DNA from: a virus
Length of the DNA: 64,000 nucleotides
Reading direction: 5' to 3' (one strand)
IMG/VR virus record: IMGVR_UViG_3300045988_133226
Span: 14,524-78,523 of that record
The notes under the pieces are model-generated. The model was not told the DNA's origin. It ran no database searches and saw nothing but the letters and a program-made list of their open reading frames with translations. The first letter of the stretch is position 1. The number at the start of each line of letters is the position of its first letter. Of the stretch, positions 19,543 through 30,114 are shown one piece after another. A program made the translations under genes and the position numbers.

Positions 19543-19992
19543 ATGAACGGATATACTAACAAAGAAAGAAAAGGAAACGATAACAGAAAAAGAAAAGAAT
19601 ATGTATATGGCAAATATCAAAATCCTCAAGTTTGGGGAATATATTTTGCAGATTTGCCGAAAATTGAAGGTAGTCACATCTTGCATGGGAAAAGACCAGT
19701 CATCGTATATTCTAATAATATTTGTAATAATACGAGCACCGAGATTAACGTGTATCCAATTACAAAAAAATTAAGGAACTGGATACCGACACATGTGACC
19801 ATTTATCCAAATACCAGTAATGGATTAAAAATGGTATCACAGGTGTATTTAGAGCAAGGAAGAACAATTCCAAAGAATAATCTTTTAGAGTATTGGGGAA
19901 GAATATCTGATCTATCTTTAATGTTAAAAATAGGACATGGCATTTTAATACAAAACGGCATGTTATCGTACATGAATGCAATGGCATCCTAG
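19543..19992 (+). CDS. MazF/PemK-fold protein (possible mRNA-interferase toxin-like)
   Basis: VWGIYFADLPKIEGSHILHGKRPVIVYSNNI...INVYPITKK resembles the PemK/MazF core (G.E..G.RP.vV...); start taken at ATG 19543 (GAGGGAcgtaaaaATG); the ORF-track start at 19483 overlaps the promoter. Confidence 0.4.
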   Translation: MNGYTNKERKGNDNRKRKEYVYGKYQNPQVWGIYFADLPKIEGSHILHGKRPVIVYSNNICNNTSTEINVYPITKKLRNWIPTHVTIYPNTSNGLKMVSQVYLEQGRTIPKNNLLEYWGRISDLSLMLKIGHGILIQNGMLSYMNAMAS

Positions 19993-20009
19993 AAATGGAG
20001 AATATTATG

Positions 20010-21023
20010 AATAATAAAGAATTGATACAAAATTATATAGATTCTCACGTATCAGAATCACGTCGCCCAACATGGAATTGGTTATTAGATTCTGATATTG
20101 CGGATGACAATGAATCTGGGTTAACGTATGCACCAGGTACAATCCAAGAGGCTATATTATCAGATACTAGAGGTAAAAAAACCAAAAGTATGAATTCTAT
20201 TAAAAAAAGATATGACCAGCTCGTTAAACTATATACTTATGCATATGAACAAAATTACATTAAATATAATCCATTTGTTAATGATAAATTTATAAACTTG
20301 CAATTAGCAGTTGATATATATTTTTCAAATAGAGTTAATGTTAATTATGTTACACCAGATAAAATAAATGCGTTTATTTCGAATCTGATGTCGTGCAATG
20401 CATCAGCCGATACCAAATTGAATACTAGATTTCACATTGTGAGTTTATATAATGGGATAAATGGAAAGGAGTTAAGAAATCTAAAATTCTCAGATATTAA
20501 TCAAAATGATTTAACGATTTTTGGGAAACCAGTCTCCAAAGATTTTATCGAGACATTGAATGAATATAAATTGAAAATGGGAGATACGAATATATATGAT
20601 GATTTTGTATTAATACCACGAAAAAAATGTAATAATATAGAAGAATATCAAGCAGAGCAAAAGAGGATCTATAATAATGTGCAGTCTCAATTAGAATTAA
20701 CTGGTAACACTTTATCTTATGATAAATTGACAACCATTGATGTTATTAATTCTGGTTTTATACAATATTTAAAATCTAAAATGGATATCAAGGCAATTGC
20801 AGATTTATATTATATTAAATCAAAAGAAGGAATCGCACGATCTATAATCGCACGTCAATTTAGTGAAATTGCGATTGAATTTTATTATAATTATTATATA
20901 TCATATAGATTAAAAAAGAAACAATTTAGTGATCGTCAAACGGTAATCGGTAAAAGTATTGGTTACCTATATAAAGATGAGGACTATAAGAATTATCGTA
21001 TACATCAAATCATGGCAGAATAA
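20010..21023 (+). CDS. hypothetical protein
   Basis: ATG 20010 after GGAGaatatt; no catalytic recombinase motifs found despite weak box-I-like similarity. Confidence 0.45.
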   Translation, partial: NNKELIQNYIDSHVSESRRPTWNWLLDSDIADDNESGLTYAPGTIQEAILSDTRGKKTKSMNSIKKRYDQLVKLYTYAYEQNYIKYNPFVNDKFINLQLAVDIYFSNRVNVNYVTPDKINAFISNLMSCNASADTKLNTRFHIVSLYNGINGKELRNLKFSDINQNDLTIFGKPVSKDFIETLNEYKLKMGDTNIYDDFVLIPRKKCNNIEEYQAEQKRIYNNVQSQLELTGNTLSYDKLTTIDVINSGFIQYLKSKMDIKAIADLYYIKSKEGIARSIIARQFSEIAIEFYYNYYISYRLKKKQFSDRQTVIGKSIGYLYKDEDYKNYRIHQIMAE

Positions 21024-21037
21024 AGGAAGGTATATGT

Positions 21038-21403
21038 ATGGACAATCAAATATTAGAAATGTTAGCAGCGAATCAATCAAATCAAATGCATATTGATGTA
21101 CTTGATTTACACTCATCAGAAATGTCATCGTGGTTTCTGAGTGAATATAAGATTCGAGCAGATGATAGAAAGATGAAGATCTATGGCAAAGATAAAGATC
21201 TTTCATATCATTGGATCGAATTTATTCAAGATGAGAATTTGTTCTCTCATATTAGGCAGGACGACATATTTGACATAATCAAATGCCTGCAATTTACATA
21301 CAAAGAGAGATACAATGTTGGAATAAAAATACAGACAATAAAAAAGAAAGCAGAAGTCTTTGGTAAAACTTCTACTTTCACACAAATTGAAAATTCTAAC
21401 TAA
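21038..21403 (+). CDS. hypothetical protein
   Basis: RBS AAGGAAGGtatatgtATG. Confidence 0.45.
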   Translation: MDNQILEMLAANQSNQMHIDVLDLHSSEMSSWFLSEYKIRADDRKMKIYGKDKDLSYHWIEFIQDENLFSHIRQDDIFDIIKCLQFTYKERYNVGIKIQTIKKKAEVFGKTSTFTQIENSN

Positions 21404-21596
21404 ACAAATAATAAATAACAAAAAAAGATTTTTTTGAATCTACCGTGTTGGCAGCACGATAGAAAATCGAATTTGATATTTAGAATTGTTTAATCTGAAA
21501 GGATAATAATATCCTTAAAATCATTATAACAATTCTAAACATGTTCGTCAACATGAAATTTTTTCCAAAAAACACAACTAAATATAGGAGTGATGT

Positions 21597-22253
21597 ATGA
21601 AATACATAATTACGGATGGAAGTAAGTATGTAGCACGAAATCCATACCAAGCCAATAAATACTATCAAGCAGATTGTCTTGATCTGGCAACTCAGTTCAC
21701 ATCAAAGCAAGCAAAGCGTATTCTTGGATCTAAGAATCGTGATATGAAGTGGATAAAATCAGGCTTTTATATCCAAGAATTTGATGGCAGTAACACTGGA
21801 AATGTTATGTCTCGTAGAGAAAGTAAGCGTAGAAGCAACGGAAATTGTTTTAAAGACTTTGAATGGGATAAATCTATCCTAAACGATATTGAAGCAGAAG
21901 AACGTGCTATAGTAGGTCTTTTGGCATATGACTACGAAGAGTTAAGCCAGAAGAAATTTGAGATGGAACAGTCATTATCTTACACGGATTCTGCAATCAG
22001 CGATATTCTTCATGCAATTGAAGGAAAGAAAATCAATGCTGCGAAGAGAGCTGTAATTGTTGGATATCTCAAGACAATGAGAGAGCTACATACACAGATT
22101 AAGAAATGTATTCGATATGTAGAAGTAATGCAGGAAAGCATTAATAATAAAGAAGATATTGGTACATTGAAAAAGAAGTTACAAAGCTCAGAGCCGAATG
22201 AATATGTCGGTAGAACAAAGTATTATGAGCTGATCCAGAATATAATCGGGTAG
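21597..22253 (+). CDS. hypothetical protein
   Basis: RBS atAGGAGtgatgtATG; preceded by a 190-nt gap with the nested palindrome AGAATTGTT...AAGGATAataaTATCCTT...AACAATTCT (about 21481-21538). Confidence 0.5.
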   Translation: MKYIITDGSKYVARNPYQANKYYQADCLDLATQFTSKQAKRILGSKNRDMKWIKSGFYIQEFDGSNTGNVMSRRESKRRSNGNCFKDFEWDKSILNDIEAEERAIVGLLAYDYEELSQKKFEMEQSLSYTDSAISDILHAIEGKKINAAKRAVIVGYLKTMRELHTQIKKCIRYVEVMQESINNKEDIGTLKKKLQSSEPNEYVGRTKYYELIQNIIG

Positions 22254-22336
22254 AGTTTCTTCCTTATTATACATGATGACTCGCACAGGCATTTGTGCAA
22301 AATTAAAATGTAAATATTATATTAGAAAGGAGAAAT

Positions 22337-22783
22337 ATGGGCATTTACATACAAAAATTTGGGCATTTAGGACAAAAATATTTTGAGCTAGATGAAATGA
22401 GACATACTCCACATTCAGGAGATTGTATCAAAGTCTTAAATAGAAAAAATGGAAAAGAAAAAACATACGTGGTAATTAATGAAGACTTAGGAAGTATACT
22501 CTTACACACAAGAGAAGTAGTTCCAAGAGTTCGTTATAGACTTTGTGAAGAAAAACATTTGGATAATATCTATATGTTTAGTATTTCAGCGCTGTTGGAT
22601 AGAGAAAGATGGATTTTACGAATTTATGATTCATTTGACGTTGAAAGAAATGGTCGTAATAGATATTGTAAACGTTCATTTGTTGATACGTTAGATCGAG
22701 ACGTTACCATTACTTTATTAATTGGGAAATACAAACGTGAAGATTATTTTAATATTAAAACACCTTATGAATTGACGAAATAA
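22337..22783 (+). CDS. hypothetical protein
   Basis: RBS AGAAAGGAGaaatATG. Confidence 0.5.
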   Translation: MGIYIQKFGHLGQKYFELDEMRHTPHSGDCIKVLNRKNGKEKTYVVINEDLGSILLHTREVVPRVRYRLCEEKHLDNIYMFSISALLDRERWILRIYDSFDVERNGRNRYCKRSFVDTLDRDVTITLLIGKYKREDYFNIKTPYELTK

Positions 22784-22797
22784 GAAAGGAGATAGGA

Positions 22798-24126
22798 ATG
22801 GAAGAAAATAAAACGGGCGTTTGGATACAGAATGGATATGGGACTCTTGTGAAATTAAAACCATCTTCGATATATCCAATTAATACAAATGATCGTATTT
22901 GTATAATGTCGCCAAAATATCATGTTATTTGTGAAGTTAAAAGAATTTCATATTATTCAGATAGCACAAGAGTATCGCATTATTATCTTAATCCAGTACA
23001 AAGTATATATGGGGCTGGGTTAACCGCAATTTCCCCTGAGAATACGACTGGTCACCTATATATTATGATGCATCTTGATGATGGGACACTAGCATTTGAT
23101 GACGCTTTAATCGAGGAATATCTTAAATGTGACTATGTAGATTACAATACATCAAAAGTAATAATTTTGCCTAAAGGACAGGAAACAATGAATGAAGATA
23201 TTGAGATTCAGACAGGTACGATTTCAGCCGACAAAATACAGGTTGATACATTAACCCTACCACCACTTTCAGAAAGAAGAGTGTCTGCTCTGCCACACTA
23301 TCAGCAAAAACCAATTACTGCAACGTCAGAAGCAGAAAATAATTGGCTTGGTGGACTCTCAGCCCCAGGGGAATCAAGGATGATACATGACGACCATGGG
23401 TTGAGTCCTTATGCACCAACACATATTGTTTGGAATGGTGAAACGAGTGCGACTTTAACGTTTTCGTCAGAAAAATTGGATGAAATCATGAGTGAACTTA
23501 CAGAAAACGAAGAGGAGAAAGAAATGTATACGAAGAATTTAAAAGAAATGATTAAGAAACCGATTTATGTTGATAAAGAAATTACAGTAAAAGAACCAAT
23601 GTTAGACAATAACGGTAAACAGATTGAAAAAGATGGCGAACCAGTGTTTAAAGTAAAACATTATCATGGAATGGTTAAAATCTTATGGACTTCTGGATCG
23701 GAAACTGTTGCGTATGTAGAAGGAAATGATGTGTATGACAGAGAAAATGGCTTCAAAACCTGTGTATTAAAATACCTTTGCGGCAACGCAGGTGCTCATG
23801 ATGCAGTTGACTTCTGGACAAACAAATATGTGAAATATCCAAGCAGCTGTATTGAAGTAACAGAAAATTTATGCAAATTAGAAAAAATTCTTGAGAATGA
23901 CAAGCAGAGAGAAGAAGAAAGAAAAGGTTTGCCTCATGCAAAATTCTTTGTCGTAAAGAAAGAAGAATTAATGTTTGATCCACTTAAAGAATCATATGAG
24001 GACGAGAATGGTCAAAAGATTAAGGAATTTAAGAAACTTGCTAAGAAGTATTTCCCAGAACTCAAGGGCAAAGAAATTTATATCAATGACAATAAGAGTT
24101 ATGAAATCTTCGTAGCAATTAAATAA
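22798..24126 (+). CDS. hypothetical protein (442 aa)
   Basis: RBS AGAAAGGAGataggaATG. Confidence 0.5.
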   Translation: MEENKTGVWIQNGYGTLVKLKPSSIYPINTNDRICIMSPKYHVICEVKRISYYSDSTRVSHYYLNPVQSIYGAGLTAISPENTTGHLYIMMHLDDGTLAFDDALIEEYLKCDYVDYNTSKVIILPKGQETMNEDIEIQTGTISADKIQVDTLTLPPLSERRVSALPHYQQKPITATSEAENNWLGGLSAPGESRMIHDDHGLSPYAPTHIVWNGETSATLTFSSEKLDEIMSELTENEEEKEMYTKNLKEMIKKPIYVDKEITVKEPMLDNNGKQIEKDGEPVFKVKHYHGMVKILWTSGSETVAYVEGNDVYDRENGFKTCVLKYLCGNAGAHDAVDFWTNKYVKYPSSCIEVTENLCKLEKILENDKQREEERKGLPHAKFFVVKKEELMFDPLKESYEDENGQKIKEFKKLAKKYFPELKGKEIYINDNKSYEIFVAIK

Positions 24127-24147
24127 TACATGAAAAGGAGATAAATT

Positions 24148-26217
24148 ATGTGTACGCCAATGAATGAAAACTGGAGCAATTTTTTAAACAAATTGTCAGA
24201 GCGTTTAAATAAAATGCTCGACTATGTAGAGAAAAACAATTCTACATTGTATGAAACTGATATTGATAAAGATGTGCTGTGGGAAGTATATCTGAGTAGT
24301 TTTCCTGAAGGAACAAACAAAATGTATCGCAAACGACGAGAATATGACTGTGGTCATTGCCGAAACTTTATTAAAACAATCGGTGGAGCTGTGGCAATTG
24401 TTGACGGCAAGATTCATACAATCTGGGAGATCGACACAGATGATGTAGTATTTCAGCCAGTAGTTGATGCCTTAAGAACATATGTCGAATCAAAGCCGAT
24501 CAAAGATATTTGGAGACATTTTACAAATACAGTTGGTACAAAAACCACAAATGAGTATACAGAAGATAAGCAGATTATCAAATGGACTCATATGTATACA
24601 CCGATTCCAGAGAGGTTATTGGAAAGGAAATCTGATATTCCTACAATTAAAGCAAAAGTGAGAGATCGAAAGAATGTGTTTAAAAGATCACTTGATGAAA
24701 TTACAGAAGAAGCTGTTGATACAGTATTAGAACTGATTGCTTCAAATACTCTTTATAGAGGACAGGAATGGGAAAGAGTATTAAAAGATTTTAGAAAATA
24801 TCAGCGAGAATACAACGGTTTGTCAGATGAAGAAAAAGATACATACACATGGACAAAAGCCATGACGATCGGAGATGTAATTGGTCGTATTAGAAACCAT
24901 AGTATCGGTACATTACTTGTGAATATCAGCGAAGGTATGGATTTAGATAATGCAGTAAAAGCTTATGAAAATGTTGTAGCTCCTGCGAATTACAAACGAC
25001 CAAAGGCAATTTTTACGAAGAAAATGCTTGAGGATGCAAAGAAAACTGTAACCGATTTAGGATATATGGATTCATTGCAGCGTAGATTTGCAAGACTTGA
25101 CGATATTACGGTAAACAATATTCTGTTTTGTAATCGTGATGCAGCACCACGTATCCAGGGCGGCTTAGATATTTTTGATGAGATGAGTAAGGAAGTCGCT
25201 GTAAATCCTAAGAAATTCTCTAAAGTAGAAGAGATCAGTGCAGAGAAATTTGTATCAGATGTTCTTCCAACCGCAAAAGAATTAGAAGTCTTGTTTGAAA
25301 ATCGACATAAGAAGAACATGGTTTCACTGATCGCACCTGTAAACAAAGATGCCAAGAACATGATGAAGTGGAGCAATCCTTTCAGTTGGGCATATTCAGG
25401 AAATATGACAGATAGCGAGATGAAAGAACGAGTTAAGAACGCAGGCGGAGCAGTTGATGGTGTCTTAAGATTTTCAATCCAGTGGAACGCAGGAAAAGAT
25501 TGGAACAGAGATGACTTTGACGCACATTGTAAAACACCTTGTCAGCATATTTTCTTTAGTCATATGTTTGATTCTGGAACACGAGGCAGACTTGATGTTG
25601 ATGTGATTAATCCAGTAAAGGGGAAACCTGCTGTAGAAAATATTACATGGGCGGATAAATCCAAGATGGTTGATGGAGATTATGAATTTTTCGTACACAA
25701 TTATTGCCATAGCAACGGTACATCAGGATTTACAGCAGAGATTGAATTTGATGGTCAGATTTATGAATTTGAATACGATCAGCCTTTGCGACAGGGACAA
25801 AAAGTGCCAGTGGCTACAGTTACATTAAAAGATGGAGTATTCACAATCAAAGAGAAACTTCCATCTACAACATCTTCAAGAGAAATCTGGGGTGTCAATA
25901 CAAATCAGTTTGTGCCAGTAACAGTAATGTGTTATTCGCCTAACTATTGGGATGAACAGACAGGTATTGGACACAAACATTATCTGTTCATGTTAAACGG
26001 ATGTGTAAATGAAGATACTCCAAATGGATTCTTCAATGAGTTCTTGAAACAGGAATTAGTACAGCACAAGAGAGTATTCGAGGCTTTAGGAAGTAAGATG
26101 CATGTCGCAGATGATCAAAACCAGTTATCAGGAATTGGTTTTAGTTCTACAAAACGAGATGATGTGATCGTCAAAGTCAAGGGCGCTACTGAAAGAGTTC
26201 TTAAAATTAAATTTTAA
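24148..26217 (+). CDS. large hypothetical protein (689 aa)
   Basis: RBS AAAAGGAGataaattATG; no recognisable motifs. Confidence 0.5.
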   Translation: MCTPMNENWSNFLNKLSERLNKMLDYVEKNNSTLYETDIDKDVLWEVYLSSFPEGTNKMYRKRREYDCGHCRNFIKTIGGAVAIVDGKIHTIWEIDTDDVVFQPVVDALRTYVESKPIKDIWRHFTNTVGTKTTNEYTEDKQIIKWTHMYTPIPERLLERKSDIPTIKAKVRDRKNVFKRSLDEITEEAVDTVLELIASNTLYRGQEWERVLKDFRKYQREYNGLSDEEKDTYTWTKAMTIGDVIGRIRNHSIGTLLVNISEGMDLDNAVKAYENVVAPANYKRPKAIFTKKMLEDAKKTVTDLGYMDSLQRRFARLDDITVNNILFCNRDAAPRIQGGLDIFDEMSKEVAVNPKKFSKVEEISAEKFVSDVLPTAKELEVLFENRHKKNMVSLIAPVNKDAKNMMKWSNPFSWAYSGNMTDSEMKERVKNAGGAVDGVLRFSIQWNAGKDWNRDDFDAHCKTPCQHIFFSHMFDSGTRGRLDVDVINPVKGKPAVENITWADKSKMVDGDYEFFVHNYCHSNGTSGFTAEIEFDGQIYEFEYDQPLRQGQKVPVATVTLKDGVFTIKEKLPSTTSSREIWGVNTNQFVPVTVMCYSPNYWDEQTGIGHKHYLFMLNGCVNEDTPNGFFNEFLKQELVQHKRVFEALGSKMHVADDQNQLSGIGFSSTKRDDVIVKVKGATERVLKIKF

Positions 26218-26237
26218 TATAAAAAGGAGATTGAATT

Positions 26238-26627
26238 ATGACAACAGAAAATTTATTCGAAATGGCAACAAGAAGTAAATTGAGATTCCCATCAACAAAG
26301 GGCGAATTATCCGTAGAAGATTTATGGGATTTATCTGATAAAGATTTAGACGTGGTTTATAAAAATCTGAAAGATCAGGAAGTTAAATCTTCAGAAGAAA
26401 GTCTGTTGGATGATGCAAATGTTGATCCAAAGTTAACAGCTGCGATTGGTATTGTGAAGTATATCTTTATAACAAAACGTAATGAGAGACTTGCTGAGAA
26501 GGAACGTATTAATAAGAAACTGACACAGAGAAAATATATTGATGCTCTTTCCAAGAAACAGGATGAGGCTATTGAGAAGATGTCAGAAGCAGAATTACGT
26601 GCGATGATTGATTCTTTAGAAGATTAA
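26238..26627 (+). CDS. hypothetical protein
   Basis: RBS AAAAGGAGattgaattATG. Confidence 0.5.
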   Translation: MTTENLFEMATRSKLRFPSTKGELSVEDLWDLSDKDLDVVYKNLKDQEVKSSEESLLDDANVDPKLTAAIGIVKYIFITKRNERLAEKERINKKLTQRKYIDALSKKQDEAIEKMSEAELRAMIDSLED

Positions 26628-26684
26628 GATGATATACCTGCTCGTCATATTTGACGGGTGGGTGCCTAAAGAAAGGAGACTGGA

Positions 26685-27152
26685 ATGATTTATAAATTAG
26701 AATTAGGCGACTGGTCGGAAGATGGGCATAAAATATCAGAAAGTTTTTTATTTGATTGTAACTATGATATTCATAAAATTCGACAAGCGTATAAAGACAG
26801 CTGTAAAAAGCTAGGAGTAGGTTTTAATTGTAATGAAGATTATACGGGGCTAGGTCTTGGTTGTAGAAGTGAGAGACTGATTTGGACAGAGTATCAAGAA
26901 TCAGAAATTAGCGAAACAGCATTTGAAATTTTAAATAATTCTGGGTGTTTTAAAGAGGTTGATTTCTATAAAGAAGATGGCGTGTATTATATCGAAGAAA
27001 GGAAAGACTGTGCAAAACTTATTATGAATTTTATCGCATTGTCTATGCCTAAAGATTTTCGATATAAGCTTGTCAAAGAGCGAAAAGTTGAATCGATTAA
27101 TAGTTGGAATCATGAACTGAGACAGCACTTTGGGTATGGATTATTTGATTAA
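26685..27152 (+). CDS. hypothetical protein
   Basis: RBS AAGAAAGGAGactggaATG. Confidence 0.5.
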   Translation: MIYKLELGDWSEDGHKISESFLFDCNYDIHKIRQAYKDSCKKLGVGFNCNEDYTGLGLGCRSERLIWTEYQESEISETAFEILNNSGCFKEVDFYKEDGVYYIEERKDCAKLIMNFIALSMPKDFRYKLVKERKVESINSWNHELRQHFGYGLFD

Positions 27153-27183
27153 TAAAACAGTAATTTAATGGAAGGAGAAAACA

Positions 27184-27780
27184 ATGGACGTTAATAAATT
27201 ATTGGTTGTCGTCGATATGCAGAATGATTTCATCGACGGAAGCCTTGGAACCAAAGAAGCACAGGAAATTGTTCCCAAAGTAATTGAGAAAATTAAAAAT
27301 TTTGATGGCATTATTGTTGCAACAATGGACACACACGATGAAAATTATTTATCTACACAGGAAGGAAAGAATCTTCCAGTAAAGCATTGCATCTGCGGAG
27401 AAGATGGATGGCATTTAAATGAAGAAGTTAGAAAGGCATTATTATCGTCAGAGATGTTTTGTCGCAATGACAAGCAAGAAAATGCTATTTGGCTTCTTGA
27501 GAACTATTGTAAAGAAACATTTGGGTCATTAGAACTTATGGACGATTGTTCTGATGAATTCGGTGAAGATGGTCGGTCTCATCCAGAAGATGTTGAAATT
27601 ACCTTAATTGGTCTTTGTACAGATATTTGTGTAATCTCAAATGCAATGTTGCTAAAAGCAGCACTACCAAAAGCAAAGATTATTGTAGATGCTTCCTGCT
27701 GTGCAGGAGTGACGCCAGAGAGTCACAAGAATGCACTTGAAGCAATGAAAATGTGTCAAATTGAAATAATTAATGAATAA
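27184..27780 (+). CDS. pncA: isochorismatase-family cysteine hydrolase, nicotinamidase-like
   Basis: VVVDMQNDF (catalytic Asp), LPVKHCICGEDGW (PncA-type W-P-x-HC-x-G motif), GLCTDICV (catalytic Cys); RBS GGAAGGAGaaaacaATG. Confidence 0.7.
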   Translation: MDVNKLLVVVDMQNDFIDGSLGTKEAQEIVPKVIEKIKNFDGIIVATMDTHDENYLSTQEGKNLPVKHCICGEDGWHLNEEVRKALLSSEMFCRNDKQENAIWLLENYCKETFGSLELMDDCSDEFGEDGRSHPEDVEITLIGLCTDICVISNAMLLKAALPKAKIIVDASCCAGVTPESHKNALEAMKMCQIEIINE

Positions 27781-27794
27781 GGGGGTGATAAAGA

Positions 27795-28631
27795 ATGATT
27801 AGTATTAATGGAGTCCCAGTTGTTCCAGAATCTTTTCCAGATGGAACGCAAAAAATTGATTTTTCGTTAGGCGTGATATCTCAAGAAATCATAGAAAACA
27901 AGACAGTGTATATCACATGGTTATATGAGTCAGATCAAGAGTTATTTTCTTTGTTGTGTATTTCTAAAAATATTAAAGAACATTTTCCGTGGTTACAACA
28001 AGCATTAGTGATGCCGTATATACCAAATGCAAGATTTGACAGAGTAAAAGAGCCAAGCGAATGCTTTACATTAAAATATTTTGCAGAAATTATTAATAGT
28101 CTTGGATTTGTAAGAGTTATTGTAACTGATCCACATTCCGATGTATCTACTGCATTGATTGATCATGTAGAAGTAATCCGTGGAGCATCATATATTACAC
28201 AAACTTGTAGCAAAGTCCTTAAAGCAGAACCATCAAGAAATCTCGTAATTTATTTCCCAGATAGCGGGTCACTAAAAAGATATTCTGAATTTGTATCAGA
28301 TGATTATCCGATTGTCTATGGAATTAAAAATCGTGATTGGAAGACAGGAGAAATTCTTGGTATTGAGATTCATGGAGATACAGATAAATTAGATGAGAAT
28401 ACAGCAATTCTAATGATTGATGATATTTGTAGTAAGGGTGGCACATTCTATTATGGATCAAAAGAATTAAACAAATACGGTTGTAAAGATATGTATTTAT
28501 ATGTTAGTCACTGTGAAAATACAATTCTTGATGGCGAATTATTAAAGGAAGATAGTTTGTTTAAAAAAGTGTATACGACACGTAGTATTTTTACAAAAGA
28601 GCATGAGAAAGTTGAGGTGTTAGATTTATGA
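27795..28631 (+). CDS. ribose-phosphate pyrophosphokinase (Prs)-like type I phosphoribosyltransferase-fold protein
   Basis: PRPP/ribose-phosphate binding loop MIDDICSKGGT (compare DDxxDTGGT of Prs); RBS tAAGGGGGTGataaagaATG. Confidence 0.65.
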   Translation: MISINGVPVVPESFPDGTQKIDFSLGVISQEIIENKTVYITWLYESDQELFSLLCISKNIKEHFPWLQQALVMPYIPNARFDRVKEPSECFTLKYFAEIINSLGFVRVIVTDPHSDVSTALIDHVEVIRGASYITQTCSKVLKAEPSRNLVIYFPDSGSLKRYSEFVSDDYPIVYGIKNRDWKTGEILGIEIHGDTDKLDENTAILMIDDICSKGGTFYYGSKELNKYGCKDMYLYVSHCENTILDGELLKEDSLFKKVYTTRSIFTKEHEKVEVLDL

Positions 28632-30097
28632 AACAGACAAACCCAATGTTATTAATTGATTTTTACAAAGCAGTTCATGCTGAAATGTTACCAAAAGGTA
28701 TTACAAAATCTGTTTCTTATTTTACTCCACGTATGAGCAGAGTAAAACGATGGAATGAAGTAGCCATGTTTGGATTACAAGGATTCATTAAAGAGTATTT
28801 GGTCGATTATTTTAATGAGTATTTTTTCTTTGAATATAAAAACAAAGCAATTGGTACTTATAAGACAGTAATGGATGCAACTCTTGGAGAAGGTACATAT
28901 GGATTACAGAAAATCGAAGATTTATATGATCTTGGCTATCTTCCAATTGAGATTAAGGCTCTTCCTGAAGGAACTTTAGTACCAATGCATGTGCCGATGT
29001 TTAGTATTGAGAATACACATAAAGATTTTGCATGGTTGCCACAGGCATTAGAAAGCTTAATTTCCGCAGAAATGTGGCATCCGATGATTGCTGCAACTGT
29101 TGGACATACATACAGACAGATTGTTAACAAGTTTTATGAAATGACTTGTGATGATGATATTCCAAAATCTAAGGCATTAGGGGCTTTCGATTTTCGTGGC
29201 GAAGAATGTTTACAGTCTGCGATTAAAGCAGGAGCAGGATGGTGTTTATCATTCTTAAATACAGCTACGGTTCCAACAATTTCATATTTAGAGAGAAATT
29301 ATAATTGTGATTGTACGAAAGAACCAGTTGCTTTTGGTAGTCCGTCAACGGAACATGCAGTAGTTTGTAGCAATTATGCAATTGATGGTGATGAAGAGAC
29401 TTTAATCAAAAGATTGCTAACAGAGATTTACCCAAATACAAGTTTTTCTGCGGTATTGGATTCATATGATTATTGGAATGTCGTAGAAAATATTCTTCCA
29501 AAGCTTAAAAATGAGATTATGAATCACAACGGATGTCTTCTTGCCAGAGGTGACTCAGGAGATTGTGTAGACGTAGTAACCAGAACAGTATTCAAATTAT
29601 GGGAAGAGTTTGGTGGAACTACAAATACCAAAGGATATAAAGTATTAGATCCTCATGTAAAAGCAATTTACGGAGATTCAATTACAGTGCAGAGATGTGA
29701 GCAGATTTATGACATCTTAGAGAAAAATGGATTCGCAGCAAACAATGTTGCACTTGGCGTTGGATCATTCTCATTCCAGTGCATCGAAGAAGATGGAGTT
29801 TTAAAACCATTTACAAGAGATACATTTAGCAGTTGTATTAAAGCAACGTATTGTGAGATTGATGGCAAACCATATCCAATTTTCAAGAATCCAAAAGATG
29901 GCGGATTTAAGAAATCTCAGAGAGGTTTATGTCATGTCTATACAGGATCAGACGGTAAATTGACATTTAAAGATGGATATACTTCAGAAAATCTTCCAAT
30001 GAATAACCTGCTTGAGACAGTATTTAGAGATGGCAAATTGGTAAAAGAACAGTCATTACAGGAGATTAGAAGAGTATTAAATGAAGGAGAATTTTAA
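28628..30097 (+). CDS. nicotinamide phosphoribosyltransferase (NAMPT/NadV) family protein
   Basis: LDSYDYWN, ARGDSGD, KGYKVLDPHVKAIYGDS and FKNPKDGGFKKSQRG run parallel to DSYDIYN / RPDSGN / KGYKLLPPYLRVIQGDG / FKDPVADPNKRSKKG of NAMPT enzymes; ATGA overlap with the upstream gene. Confidence 0.7.
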   Translation: MKQTNPMLLIDFYKAVHAEMLPKGITKSVSYFTPRMSRVKRWNEVAMFGLQGFIKEYLVDYFNEYFFFEYKNKAIGTYKTVMDATLGEGTYGLQKIEDLYDLGYLPIEIKALPEGTLVPMHVPMFSIENTHKDFAWLPQALESLISAEMWHPMIAATVGHTYRQIVNKFYEMTCDDDIPKSKALGAFDFRGEECLQSAIKAGAGWCLSFLNTATVPTISYLERNYNCDCTKEPVAFGSPSTEHAVVCSNYAIDGDEETLIKRLLTEIYPNTSFSAVLDSYDYWNVVENILPKLKNEIMNHNGCLLARGDSGDCVDVVTRTVFKLWEEFGGTTNTKGYKVLDPHVKAIYGDSITVQRCEQIYDILEKNGFAANNVALGVGSFSFQCIEEDGVLKPFTRDTFSSCIKATYCEIDGKPYPIFKNPKDGGFKKSQRGLCHVYTGSDGKLTFKDGYTSENLPMNNLLETVFRDGKLVKEQSLQEIRRVLNEGEF

Positions 30098-30114
30098 GAG
30101 AGGAGATATAAAAC

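Noticed and set aside
20010-21023. Second tyrosine recombinase / integrase
   Set aside because: There is a weak box-I-like stretch (…NGKELRNLKFSDI…), but no HxxR and no catalytic Tyr context could be found. It is left as hypothetical.
28628-30097. Calling the 489-aa enzyme nicotinate phosphoribosyltransferase (PncB) to complete a Preiss–Handler set with PncA and NadE
   Set aside because: Its conserved blocks (DSYD.YN, RGDSGD, KGYKVLDPH…GDS, FKNPKDGGFKKSQRG) are collinear with NAMPT-type enzymes rather than PncB. A deamidated route remains a hypothesis in the findings, not an annotation.
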